From contig CM039009.1 of assembly GCA_017499595.2 (NCBI GenBank), forward strand, positions 1,736,001 through 1,800,000: a DNA stretch of 64,000 bases, in the 5' to 3' direction. Shown piece by piece: positions 39,365 to 51,969 of this stretch (position 1 is the stretch's first letter; each line of letters starts with the position of its first letter). Under the pieces are notes generated by a model, which did no database searches, had not been told where the DNA came from, and saw only the letters and a list, made by a program, of their open reading frames with translations. This DNA comes from Psilocybe cubensis (lineage: Eukaryota). The translations under genes were made by a program, and so were the position numbers.

Positions 39365-40458
39365 TCACTTACATTGAAGAGACGGTATAACCCGCACAGT
39401 TCCGGAGTTCGTTTGCGAGTCGGGTATTCGAATGACACAGAACGGTACAGAGACCAACTTCTCTTCTGCTCGACGTTGGTTCATTAGATGACTCGAACCT
39501 AAAATATATTAACGGTCAGATCACACTCAAGTGATTTACAGGAAAAAAGAAAGAAAGAAAAAAAACGTACATTCAAAATTTATCCTCCAACACTGAGTAT
39601 CCAGGACATCGCGCACAGTGTCTAAAAGATCGAACTTGAAATGTTGTTCTCTGTCGTGTATAATACGGAATCCTCGGCTGGTATACTTTTCTATCCAACG
39701 CGTTTGTCTTTCAGTGCCTTCTTTGCGCACACACTTGAATTCTCTGTCTATGAAAGTGTGTCGAGGGAAGACGGACACTGCAAAGGTGGCGGAAATGAAG
39801 TTCATTACTCCCGCTACCGTTATTTAACTGTAATGATCCGAACATCTACCAGAAGAGTGTACTTACTCGAATGGTATTCGTGGAGGATATGCCGAATTGG
39901 GGACCCAACAACCCCTATAATTTGAATAGACCGACAATATTGAGTACCGTCCCATAAAATTTCCGTCTTGCGATAATTTAAAACCACTGTGATCGAGCTT
40001 CTACTAGGAATCAATCGAAAAGGTATCGAAGAATCCGTCTTGAACGATTTTTCGTAATCGTACTGAACATCTCCTGAAACAAAGGTGTAACCTTCACCTG
40101 CTATCCAGTCTGCGAGTCGTAGAACACTTTTATGATGGGTGTAGATGTCCATGTCGCTGTCCGGTATATACGTTCTATCAAAGAATTGTACCGCTTGGGA
40201 TCCCGATACTATCGCTCGACATTCGCGTAATTTGCGCTGGAAACCACGGACATCGAAAAACCAGAGTCGGAATCTTGGTTCAAAACCCCAGATGTACCTG
40301 ACGTACGACTGAACAATTTCTCGAGTGAGACGTGAAGTCCCTCTCATTGCGATCAACTGTTCTAAGTGACAGAACGACATTATCCGGTAGATTAAATTTG
40401 GGGGTAAACATGCCATCGAAGTGAAAAGAGTATCCTTTGCGTAGTCGTGGTCGGCCAT
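39365..40458 (-). CDS. F-box-like N-terminus plus Pol-beta-type nucleotidyltransferase-like domain
   Basis: LPPNLIYRIMSFC (F-box-like). AIVSGSQAVQFF...DSDMDIY fits hG[GS]x9-13DxD. Then IQIIG..YHS|VMNFIS...VFP...KYTSRGF. Two introns. Confidence 0.7.
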
Positions 40459-40808
40459 TCGAATATATTGTTCGGTAGCAACAGAACACTTCTTCGCTGT
40501 ACGATGATATATACGACGAATCAGTCAGAAAATTGCTCGTAAGCATCCTCCCACTTACGTGCGACGTATTACTCATATTACTAATCTTAATTACGTTGCA
40601 AAAAGCACAACCATCCCGCATTTGGATCAAATTGTATTATATCATCACGATTACTATACCCTTCCAAAGTTGAAAAAACATTGGCCTTAGCATTGTAGAC
40701 ACATTTTACGACATGATACAGCTATAAAAGAATATACTTCAACAGGTTATATTCGATTGTACCAGTTGAACGACCCCTTCTTATCACATTTTACACTCGA
40801 CTTCCATT

Positions 40809-42167
40809 ATGTCTCACACACAAGAAATATCTGACATAATGACTATATGGCAGTCAAAGAAATTAAGAAAGGAGGACATCACCTTCACGAAAGCGGCCAT
40901 CTCCTTGAATACGAACGACCCTTTGGTGGTAGCACGACCAGGTTTAAATAATTCGAAATGGATAGTCAGTCTCACTGCTCATACTAAATCACAAAATATA
41001 TCGGTTGACCATAGTCCGCGCTTACAGGTCTGTGACACTGTCACAGGGAAAGTGGCTGTACTAGTACACGCGGGTATATGGAAATGGACTACTGACCTCG
41101 AAACCGGAAATTTTGTACCGTATGGAGAGGAGGCACCCGAAGGCGTACCTGACGGGCAAATGTAAGTGAATTTGCATGTAAAGTATCATTGTATATTAAT
41201 ACCACTTTTCATATCAATTAATAGTCAAGATGAACCATCGTTTAAATGTAAATTTAGTTACGCCTTCGACACATCCCGCGATACTAGCATATGGGACAAT
41301 ATCAAGGTATCTTCCTACACTATATTAATTCCGTTCTATGACCGCCAATGACGGGAAGATTTTTGAAGATCATGTATGCCGTCAACCTGGATTTAACAAA
41401 GGGAACAGACCTCGTAGACCATGGCAGAACGGTCGCAGCTCGACTAATAGAGATAAATATATCATTAACACTCGAGTTTTCGCGAACCGTTCAGCATTCA
41501 ATACCAAAGAGGGTGGCGAATATAAAGTCCCTTATGAAGTTCACCCTTGGCTGAAGGAAGGCATAACACGATTCCCTGAAGCTCATCAAATACCGAACCC
41601 AGACAGACCGAAATACTTTGAATTTACGGAAAATCGAATTAGCAGTCTTGCGGACTCTAACGAACCTACCTTCAAGCAAGGAGACATTATTTGGATGACA
41701 TTCAAGCTAGGGTTTGTTGTTACTGGTGGCTATTGGTGGCCGGAAATCATTCCTATAGAATTTGTAAGGGTAGGGAAATTACCGGAGCAAATACATTCTA
41801 AAGCCGATCATTCACTCTTCCCATCCGTTGACGAGTCGTTCAATTTACTTTGCGCCGGGGACATCGTCGAGTTCACAGATGGTTAGTTGCTAAGCTTTAT
41901 TATGGTCGATATTCATCTAATGCGCAAGGTATCTTTTTTTAACCAGATCATTCTCCTAGACCAGTAAAACGGATTAGGTTGCATGATTCATACAACCAAG
42001 AAGAAGACTCCTATCGAAGGAAAGGTCATGTCGAGAAAGAGGAAGACATCAATATGAACGACGAACCCGTGTTAGATGACGACTACGTGCATGTTGATGC
42101 ACCTGAAACCAATTCCAAAAACCGGCTTCGATCGGGTAGAGGAGGAAAAAATACTAATCGTTCTTAA
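40809..42167 (+). CDS. Hypothetical protein, possible OB-fold ssDNA-binding protein with acidic/basic tail
   Basis: TATAAAA at ~40723. Four exons splice in frame. Beta-rich aromatic core with FKQGDIIWMTFKL, then a D/E-rich and R/G/K-rich tail. The fold call is inference. Confidence 0.6.
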
Positions 42168-42513
42168 TGTAATCGCCACTCGACCGCGATGTACTCGAAC
42201 AACGACTCGGATATGTAATTAGATGTGTAATAGACAGGTGTGTACTCCGACATATAATTTAGATACATGTCGAGACATCAAACATTGTCTGTAAGCCTAC
42301 GCTTTTCGTTATATTACATGGGCAGGATGCCTAGTTCCCATAACCGATAAATGCCTGCGTATATAATAGCCCAACCAACCGCGTCCAAATTACATGCTAC
42401 TGACCGGACGCATTTACTTGGAACATGCAACCCATATCATCCGAGCACACACAGGATTGATACACACACTTCCAGCTCAGTATATTTGGCACAGGTTTCT
42501 CCATCTGGAAGGC

Positions 42514-42613
42514 NNNNNNNNNNNNNNNNNNNNNNNNNNNNNNNNNNNNNNNNNNNNNNNNNNNNNNNNNNNNNNNNNNNNNNNNNNNNNNNNNNNNNNN
42601 NNNNNNNNNNNNN
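42514..42613. other. Assembly gap (100 N)
   Basis: Run of exactly 100 N. Confidence 1.
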
Positions 42614-43955
42614 CCTGATGGTATCAGAACGTCCGTCCATCTCATAGTTCTTCGACTTGATAACGCATAGCTCAACGTGCAAACATTTAGTCATCCTTCT
42701 CTTACGGACGTGGTCGTTATGGGAGAAATCGCGGCGGATTTTATGTGTGCTGGGAGTGGTCTCATTCGTGAGTCCCATGTTCTACCTTACAAACCCTCTC
42801 ATTAAAATTCTCACTCATTCTCAAAAACACACTAGTGCACATTTACGCCTGGGCTCGTAGTAACGGTGCTAGAAATCAACTCGTACAAGTGTACGTCCTG
42901 CTCAATTTTTTTTTTTGGCCTGTTGCACGTATCGAGGCTACATTTCAACTGATGCTCATATACGTTATCCCCGGGCAGTCGCTGTGATCCCTGAAGGCGG
43001 TCGTGGCTGTCACCTATATAGCGCCAGCAAGCTGATCATGATCGCCTACATTTTGGTTGCAGTTTCTGAAACAGGTAACACATATTCCTCCATTGCGATA
43101 TTGCCGCAACGACTAAAATTCTCAAACTCTCCCTCCACAGCGGTCGTTCTTCTTACGATCTACAAAGGTTACAGGCACAGTAAGCGTCCTATCCTCATTT
43201 CCGAACTTCGCCGTCCACTAGAGCCTCTTTTGTGTCAACTAACCAACTTATTTTCCGTCTAGTGCTCAATACCCGAAAGTCCTGGGTGAAACACGTTTAC
43301 CGACACGGTAAGCAATATCCGTTTCTGGCTAATTGCCGATTGCTATCATCGTGTTTTTTTTTTTGTTCTGTGCTGATTTGCCGCGGTATAACAGGGATCC
43401 TTTTCTATATTTACTTGTTAAGTTCGTGTTTTCTCTTTCCCTCCAAATGACATTATTAGAATCAAAAGTTCTAAATGTGTTCACAAACTTGCAGTCATCA
43501 CTATGGCCAACGTTATAATCCCAATTTATGCTTCGGTAAGTGTGCTGATATACTCGTTGTAGACACCTTTCTCATCTGCATACTCAGGAACCTAAATACA
43601 AGAATTACCTCGTCGTGTACGCCTAACCACTGGAGCTCTCTCTGCCTTCACCACACACTGACTCACTCACCTCTGCAGGCCACAGCGTGTCTTCCATTCA
43701 ATATTCTGCAACCGCGTCGTGCTCCTCATCGAAGGGCAAGTCACTCGCAGGAGACTGATGGCCGCACACCTCTCGCGTGCACGGACCGTATCCAAGTCTA
43801 ATTACACCGCCAACATCATGGAGATGGAGACGAACATCGAAGGTACACGCTACACCACGCACGGGGGCCCGGACCTGGACATGGACATGGACCTAGACGA
43901 CGACACGCAGATAATGGAAATGTCCACATATCACCACCAAGACTGGACGATGTAG
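42614..43955 (+). CDS. DUF6533-type multi-pass membrane protein, 5' part lost in gap
   Basis: Exons ILLLRTWSLWEKSRRILCVLGVVSF, IAYILVAVSET, VVLLTIYKG, GILFYIYLL and QRVFHSIFCNRV. Stop at 43955. Confidence 0.7.
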
Positions 43956-44568
43956 CTGTAGCATATGTATTCACCTGTTCACTTGTCACCACTTGGCCAC
44001 AAGCTGTACCGTATGTGTGCTTCCTCTCTGTCTCTGTCTTTGTTTAGTATTACTGTTTACATTACTACTTATCTACCTTAGTCGTACATTTTCGTTCACC
44101 CCACCCCAGTGTTTCATGGTTCCTTCACTCATCCCCCGCATTTGTGTTTTTATGCATTGTAGTTAGACTCCTTCTGGCATCCGAATTCTGCTTGGGCGGA
44201 TATATTTTTTCCAGAGAAACCCTTTGTATCCGTAATTCCACTACTCCATTAACGCCCACTTACACAATCAATACTTATCTCATCCTGATTATGAGCATGC
44301 CTGACTGCAATTTTGATCGACATCGCAGTATTTGCGGTCAACTCAGGCCAACCCATCTACTATCAGACCGTCGCTGGACATTATTCCTTGCCATTTTCTA
44401 ATATTTCATGGTAATTTTTAGGATTCTCGATAATGCTTCATGATCACCTGTATTATCCAAAATATGGAAGGTACGACCGTACGGTCTAAGGCACGTCCGA
44501 ATGATCTCTCCAGATTAATTCATTTATCAAGATGGGTATGTCCACGTTATACATGAAAAAAGAACGGA

Positions 44569-45950
44569 TCACTCCTCCTTAGGCTTCGCCTCCTCTCCTT
44601 CCACTTCAGAGACCACTTCATCTTCAATGAAGGCCGTTTCAGGCTTCGGTGGATCCAAATTCCAGCGTCCGAACTGAAGACTGTGCAGATAAGAAGTAAA
44701 AAAGTGATGAGTGCGACAGAAAAGTTAAGCGCCCAAAGAACTTACTCGAAAAGTGCCATGATCGTCCATTTTCGGTTTTCCGCTTCGGGGAAGGCAAGTG
44801 ATCGGGGGCCATAGAAAACCTAGGGGAGAAAAAAAAATGATTAATAGCCTATGGAATATGTAGAGCTTTGCAACGCACTGCATCATTGACTTCATGAGGC
44901 TTTCGGGGAAGGCAGTGCATGAACCGCCAGTCGGGGCTGGCAAATTTGCAGAGCTCTTCGGTCACCTGGTAGCCCTCGAATGCTTTGAGCCGGTCCGCCT
45001 TCTCGGCTTCCTGACCCATGGATATCCTTACCCGCGCACAAATGAGGAAAGCGGTCAGATAATTTCAACGCTTTCAACGCACCAGGTGTCATTGACGATC
45101 ACATTCGCATTCCAAACTGCTTCTTTGGGATCTTCGAACCACTCAATATTCTGATCGCATCCAAGTTCCTTGACGCGTGCCATTACTTCAGGGGGCGAAC
45201 GGTACTGGAGCGGGGCAGCGACCTTGACCTTGTGTCCAAGTCGGGGGTACGTTACGAGCATGTCGTTGAGCACATTCGCGCAGTCGCCGACGTACGCGAT
45301 GGTCAGGGGGGGCAGTTCGGGAAGTATAGGTGTCATCCTTTTCATGTTCTTCTTCTCTTCTTCAAGGGCTTCCCTCGAAAAGGCGCCCGCGTTTTCGTGG
45401 AGGGTAAGCAAGTCCGCCAGGATCTGTGTTGGGTGCCACAGAGAGGACAACGCATTCAACACGGGGACCTTGGAGTATTGGGCCAATTCCTGTTCGGGGA
45501 ATTATAAATATCAAAATCAATACGCCCGCCCACATGCAGTCCAATACGCACCTCGATTTCGGAGTGGTCTCCGACACGAGCAAATATGCCCTGGCACATC
45601 CCAGAGATAACCTGCGCAGTGTCTCGCGCCGACTCATTGACACCCAGCTGAATGTCCTCGCGGCCTAAAAACAGCGCTCGTCCTCCCAACAGCTCGGCAC
45701 TAGTCTCCGCAGCAATCCGCGTCCTGGTGCTTCTCTTTGAAAAGAGAAGGGCAATCGTTTTTGAAAATAGTGACTGCGAGGGCAGGCGCATGTTTTGCCT
45801 GAGCTTGCTGCTTGCGTTTTGTTGGTGGATGGGGATGTGGGGCGCAAGCCATTTTTGCGAGCGAATCTTGAGGGAGTGGGCATGAGTAATAATATGATTG
45901 ATTTGACGAGGCGAAAGGTCCGCCAGGGTCATAATATGTGGAGGTTTCAT
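44569..45950 (-). CDS. ARG3: Ornithine carbamoyltransferase
   Basis: FSKRSTRTR carbamoyl-phosphate motif, [19 protein letters not shown] and FMHCLPR. Four introns. Confidence 0.96.
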
Positions 45951-46080
45951 GGCTGCGTCGGTGTCAAGAGAAACCTTGAACCTGCGGAGTGAGAGCACCA
46001 CCAATTTCTCGACTCATAATTTTACGCGTCACGTGATCTCATGCACTATCTTCGGACCAAGTTTCTGGTTCTTCAACTTC

Positions 46081-46087
46081 TGACTCA
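46081..46087. promoter_or_regulatory. Gcn4/Cpc-1-type TGACTCA site upstream of OTC
   Basis: Perfect TGACTCA ~130 nt upstream of the ATG of an amino-acid biosynthesis gene. ACGCGTCACGTG at ~46024. Confidence 0.4.
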
Positions 46088-46932
46088 CTCTTCACCTCTC
46101 TATTCGCATATGTGACAATATTTTCTATCCTGATGATTCACAGTCAGAGTTTAGCATGCGCGAGCATTGAGAAGGCCATACACGTGATATAAACACAAGA
46201 AATCAATGAATTATCGGAAGCATTTCATTGACCTCGCATCAAATTCATTACCCCACCATCATAGGCTACTTATCGATGATGTTGCAGTCTAAGCCACCAA
46301 GCTGACTTACACGTATCAGGCTGTTTGACCTTTGGTAGACGGTGAAATGTATGGAAGCACTAGAAGAATCTACATCAGCTCTTTTTTGAGGCATTTCTCG
46401 GGAGCTATCCGCAGACATAGCAAGCAAATGGAATGCAAGATTTTATTTAGTGGAGCGGTACTGAACCAAGCTCAGTCCGATTTTGACGTGTCATGACCGA
46501 TATGCCTGTGCTGCAGATGTAGTGGTGAGAAAATATGTCGTTGTTTCCATTTTCACATGATTGATTGACTTTTGACTGCGTACACAGGTGGTGGGTGGGG
46601 ACGTACTCAATATATAAAAGTTGGATGTCGTGCAAAGCGATGTCATCACGCACCTTTCTGACAACCTCAAGTTTCTGACGGCTGCTCGTCACGATCGGCC
46701 GCCGTCAACTTTAAGGATCTGACTGCAAGCATTGCATTGTACATATACCACTCCTGGGGTGCTATTCCTCGATTTTGAGCTTGCAAAATTATGTCCCCCA
46801 CACTCTCTCAAGCACTTGGATCGACCTGGCAGTACGCCTCTGACATATTTGCCAACCGTCCTGTTCTTACTGTTCTCATCGGAGGATCAGGTTAGTGATG
46901 CTTCAGCGATATAAACATCGTACCACAGTCTC

Positions 46933-49381
46933 ATGGCGGTTCTTACCTCACCATCAGCATGGCTATTCTCCAGGGTACTCTACCAAATGTTCCTCTACCC
47001 CCGCTTCTTCTCTCCCCTCCGTTCAGTTCCAGGTCCTCCTCTAGGGCACCCAATTTACGGTCAATTCGTCACGATCCTTAGAGGCGAAGTAGGAATTCCC
47101 CAGCGTGGATGGGTCAAAGAGCATGGGTCCGTCGTCCGCGTCGTAGGCCCCATCGGCATTGAGCGGCTCATCTTCATGAGACCCGAAGCCCTCCATAAAA
47201 TCCTCGTCAGCGACTGGGTGGATTATCCACGCGTGCGTTTCCCCTCTTTCTCTGGGCCCTTCCATTCTTTCTAACTGACATGATACCCTTCATAATGATG
47301 TATCAGCCCAATTTTATGCGAAGCGTTCTTGCCTTAGTCACTGGCCACGGCCTCCTTACTGTCACAGGGAACGACCACAAGCAAATGCGGCGCGCTATGA
47401 ACCCCGCATTCTCCATTCCTAATCTAATGGCTCGTAAGATTTCCTAACTAGTTCTGATAATCTTCCCGATTTTCATAGCCTTTCGTAGAAAGGGAAATAT
47501 ATTGGGGTCCAATAGAAGGGTATACATCACCTACATGTCAAAATGACGTGACCCTTACAACTGCCTTGTAGACTAATCGATATATTGAACAACGAACTTT
47601 CGAATGGTGGAGATCAATCGGTAGGAAAGCAAGTCCTCATGTACGAATGGTGTACGTCCCCGCGATCCCCGTCTACTTCTATCATTCTCACTAAATGTCT
47701 TCTAGTAAGCAAAGTCACCCTCGACATCATCTGCGAAACCGCATTCGGATACCAAACAGATTCTCTCCATAACCCGCACAACGAGCTCGCCGAAGCATAC
47801 GAAATATTGACTAGTTTGCAGACAGGTATGCCAAATCACGAATATACAAAGCAGACCGGCGTTCAAGCTGGCCATCCTGTCGTCTAACTAATAACTGATG
47901 CATTCAATCTGACAGGCCCGAATATCTCCAGGCTCATCGCTGTCATCTCCCTCCCAGGCGCCGCGCGTTTCCTAAACTCAGAATGGGCATACAAAAATCG
48001 ACATCTATTCGAGTATATTCCGCTCCTTCGTACGTGAATTTCCCATCCCAATGCATTCAGCAACCCACGAAACCCAAACCTTCCCCTTACACTTATCTTG
48101 CAGCAACACTCATTCCCTTCGTCGATTCCATGCACCGCATCCGCGCCGTCTCCGCTCAAATGCTCGCCGAGAAAATGTCCGACTCCGCTGTGTCCCTCTC
48201 CGACTCCGAAACGAAGCGCGATATCATGAGCCTCCTAGTGCGTGCGCGACAGGCAGACAGCAAAGCTGGCGGGTACGCCATGAGCGACCAGGCAATGATG
48301 GACCAAGTCGTGAGTAGTCCTTGCTTCCCAGTTCTCACCTTCATTTCCGGCAAAAACAAAAAAGTTGATTAATGATTAAATATGTGCTTACTCGGTTTGA
48401 TTTGGGCAGTTGACATTTTTAGGCGCCGGGCACGAAACTACTGCGTCCGGTTTAGCTTGGGTGAGTCTAGATCGCATCATGCCGCGTGCATGCATGCGTA
48501 CGTACATATATGCATAATGGATGGGCGCTTAACATCTACTTTCGGCAACTCCAAACAGACACTCTGGCTTCTCGCCAAGGATCCCGAGACGCAACGGAAA
48601 CTGCGCGAAGAAGTATCACCTATCTTTGCCGAAAACCCACGACCAGACTACCGTTTCTTGAAGGATCTTACATGGCTTGATTGCGTACTGTAAGCTCTCG
48701 GACACCTTAGTTCTGTGATTTTGAGATACAGATCCCACTCACCCGTTCCTCCATCAACCAGCCAAGAAAGTCTCCGCCTGATGCCCCCTGCGCCTATGAC
48801 ATTCCGCCAAGCCGCAAAGTCTGACTACATAGACGACATCTACGTCCCCAAAGGCACACTATTCTACATTCCCGTTAGCATCCTAATTTCCCCAACATCC
48901 TCCAAGTCAATACACTCACTCTAAACTTTTTTTGTATCCTATTCTATACCAGATCCGCGTGATCAACACCTGGACAGAGATATGGGGCCCAGATGCGGAA
49001 GAGTGGAATCCGCGCCGCTGGCTGAACCTCCCGCCGAAATACAACGCGACGTTCTCCTCGCTGTCGTTCCTTGCTGGTCCACACGCATGCATCGGCAAGA
49101 CGATGGCAATCATGGAGATGAAGACCGTCCTCGCGTGCGTCTTTCTCTCTATTCGATTTCTCCGAATGCGTTGATTTTGACGAGGCTTGCCGGGTGTATA
49201 GGGCGCTGATCAATAGCTTTGAGTTTTCACCTGCGTATGAGGGCCAGGTGCCACAGCCTACGGCGGCAGTTACTATGAGTGCGTACCCCGGATACTATGA
49301 ACTGGCAGCTAATAACAACGACAATAATTTTCAGAGCCCAAAGATAACATGCCTCTCCGTATTCGCAAAGTTGTTGCTTGA
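46933..49381 (+). CDS. Cytochrome P450
   Basis: SPLRSVPGP hinge, I-helix FLGAGHETTA, ESLR (ExxR), WNPRRW and heme motif FLAGPHACIG. Many introns; the start may lie further upstream. Confidence 0.95.
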
Positions 49382-49782
49382 TCCTGAATGTACACTACTG
49401 TTACTGTTTTGTTGTATTATGTCCCAAATTATCTTGTATCTCTCCAATCGTCTTGATTCTTTATCTTATTTAAACACCACACCAAGGATAAAACAAGATT
49501 TCCTCATGATACAATGAATCCTTTAATTCAGGTCGACGGCTGGGACATTTGAATCTGCATTGTCAATTCATAGCTGTACATAAAAACGTACAAACATACT
49601 CCCAAAAGCCCAATAACAACTAAAAACCCATTTTTGCGAAGCCCTTTCTATATTTGTTATACGAGAGGAGTTCCACTAGAGAAAGTCCAATCCATAACAA
49701 ACAGAGCAAAGAAGATATTAACAAGACAACTTATACATAACATTACTTTAACTATCCATAATACGAGGGGTGAGGGTATAGA

Positions 49783-51805
49783 TTAATGTTGTCCGAGCAG
49801 TTTCTGGACCTCGTCATGTATGGAGAAACCAAGTCGTCGTTGCGATTTCGTCGCCTTCCTGCCCCCCGTTTGTCTAAAGAACGCGCCATCAGTACATGAG
49901 CTCAATTCCTCTCACAGAATCAAAACCACTCACTTTTGTTCCTGGCACACAAAGCTCTCTGGAGCACCTTCCCAATCATCCAACACATACTTCCCAGCTG
50001 CACTCAACGAATCATCATCGCCCTCTCCAAACAGATCCCGCGCCAGCTGCGTATGACTCACACCCGCATACGTTGTCGGACACCTAGGATTGACCAAAAT
50101 CCGCGCAGGCCTGAACACTGAGTTGGGTATCAACAGCGTGTTCCCGTCCGCAGGGGGAACGTCCTCGCCGCCGTCCTCGTCCGGCATAGCATCGTAGTCA
50201 GAGCCCGCATTCGCGTCTGGATCAACCTTGCCGTTCCCCTGCTTCCTCCTATCCGCCGCGTCATCGTCCACCTCTTCCTCTGCCTGCCCGACCTTGACCT
50301 TCACCGCGTCACGCCCCTCCATAAGCGGGTCGCGCGCCGCAATCTCCTCGACGCTGCGTCGTCGCTTGCGCGCACCAACGAGATTCGAGCGGTCCACCTC
50401 CTCCATTGCATCACGCGCGCTGCGCACCCATAGGTCTCTGCAGAACCATGCTTGGCTACTGTCGAGACATGGCGCGTCGGGTGAACGCACAGGCACGCTC
50501 TCGGAGCGGCTGAGGTTCTGGAAGTCGGTGCCCGCGCGGTATGCGATGCCGCGGTAGTATGATTGTGCCGGATCGACGACGTGCGTGCCTGACTCGCAGC
50601 AGAAGACCTGGAAAGGAAGATGCTGGGCATAACGCAGCGCGCCCTGCTGGTCGCGCGGGGGCACGCCGTCGGGCTTGGACGAGGATTTGGATTGGCGGAA
50701 CTGGTCACCTTCGATGTCGCGGGTCCGCCACCTAGTTAAAGTGTGATTGAGTTATTGCGGATGCACGGATGGGATGAATTGAATTGAATATTATGGGCAT
50801 GCATAGTGGGAACATACCTATCAGAGAAAATGAAAAAGCCATTATGCTCCGCCCAATCCATGCCACAGACCATGGCCGCGTCGTTGGCAAAGCTGATTTT
50901 GATAGTCTCCAGTAGGTCATTAGGACATGTGAAGCCCTTCAGCCAGACCACCCTTGAGAATTTGATACTCCTCTTCGCTTGCAGTTCATGCAGCGGCTCC
51001 AGCGCAAGGTTACGCATGTATGCCTCCTCGAGCGGGTAATACGCCGCCGCTGGATCTTCCGTCATGCCTGGCACCCTCCTAATCCTAAACGGCACCCCAA
51101 GTAGCGTCAGAACTGCCTCGCACAAATCCGTCAGCGTCTCGGTCGAGTCGTTCGAATCGTAGTCTAGCATGGACACAAACAAATTGTTTGTGCCCAGGCG
51201 TTTCGCCATTTGCACGATGACAGCGAGTTGGTCGACGAGGAAGTGGTCCGCGGAGTGGATGATGATTGCCACGTAGTAGAGATGGTCTTCGCGGATGAGG
51301 TCGTCGTATGCATTTTCCCGTTTGTTCTGGCCAAATGGACGTGTTAGCGTCGGGCAGTGTGCGGCCACCCAGCCATTCAGCGACAGAAGCTGGTCAATGG
51401 CCCCCAGGACGTGCTGAGCGTCCATAGACGACGTCTCCTTGTTCACGATGCTGGCAGAGTCAATCGTTCAAAGGGCAAGCATAAGGTGCAAACCGTGTGT
51501 GAAACTCACTATGGTAGTTGGAAGCGCTCCCAGTAATCCCTGACACCGTTCCTCACAAGCCCTGAAAAAATGTCCTCCTTCTCATCCCTGCCCATCCTCG
51601 CCTGCAAAAATGGATGACGCTGCACATTGAGCGACTTGTCCGAACGTGTTGCACGTTCTATGAAGTTATGGCTCTGGATTTGATGGGCATTCGAATTGGA
51701 CTTGGCCGGTGACTGGGAGGGGAAGAAAACTAGCTTGACAAAAAGAGCGGTGACTGTAAAGAAGAAAAGCCGCGAAAGAGTTCGACGGCGAAAAGTGACA
51801 GCCAT
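49783..51805 (-). CDS. Glycosyltransferase family 69 (CAP59/CMT1-like alpha-1,3-mannosyltransferase)
   Basis: N-terminal TM, then NNLFVSMLDYDSNDST, RNLALEPL, MVCGMDW, WRTRDIEG and PFQVFCCESG. Three introns. Confidence 0.85.
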
Positions 51806-51969
51806 GGCGGTGAAGAAAGAAAAGAAAGGGAAAAAAGCGAGCGAGCGAGCCGGTGACTGTCAGGGGATGATCTCAACCACCAAATCAGGATGCATGCTTG
51901 GCCACATCAATTTACAACTCCCGCCCAATCATTGATCGTAAGCTACAAGTACATTTCTACATACAAAAT

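Larger units (their letters stand above)
1..42513. mobile_element. Candidate giant cargo-carrying element / accessory island (boundaries not seen)
   Basis: No intact conserved housekeeping gene in 42 kb. Instead: divergent paralogs (Cdt2, RNR-R2, kinases, F-box), a PIF1-like fragment, captured pseudogenes, degenerate repeat arrays and a MITE. No transposase or termini identified, so element status is inferred. Confidence 0.45.

Noticed and set aside
42351..42778. ORFs spanning the N run
   Set aside because: Artefacts of the assembly gap.
46791..46932. Upstream P450 exon MSPTLSQALGSTW
   Set aside because: I could not splice it in frame with the 46933 exon using the visible acceptors.
44569..51805. 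OTC + P450 + GT69 as a biosynthetic gene cluster
   Set aside because: No backbone synthase. OTC and GT69 look like ordinary conserved genes.
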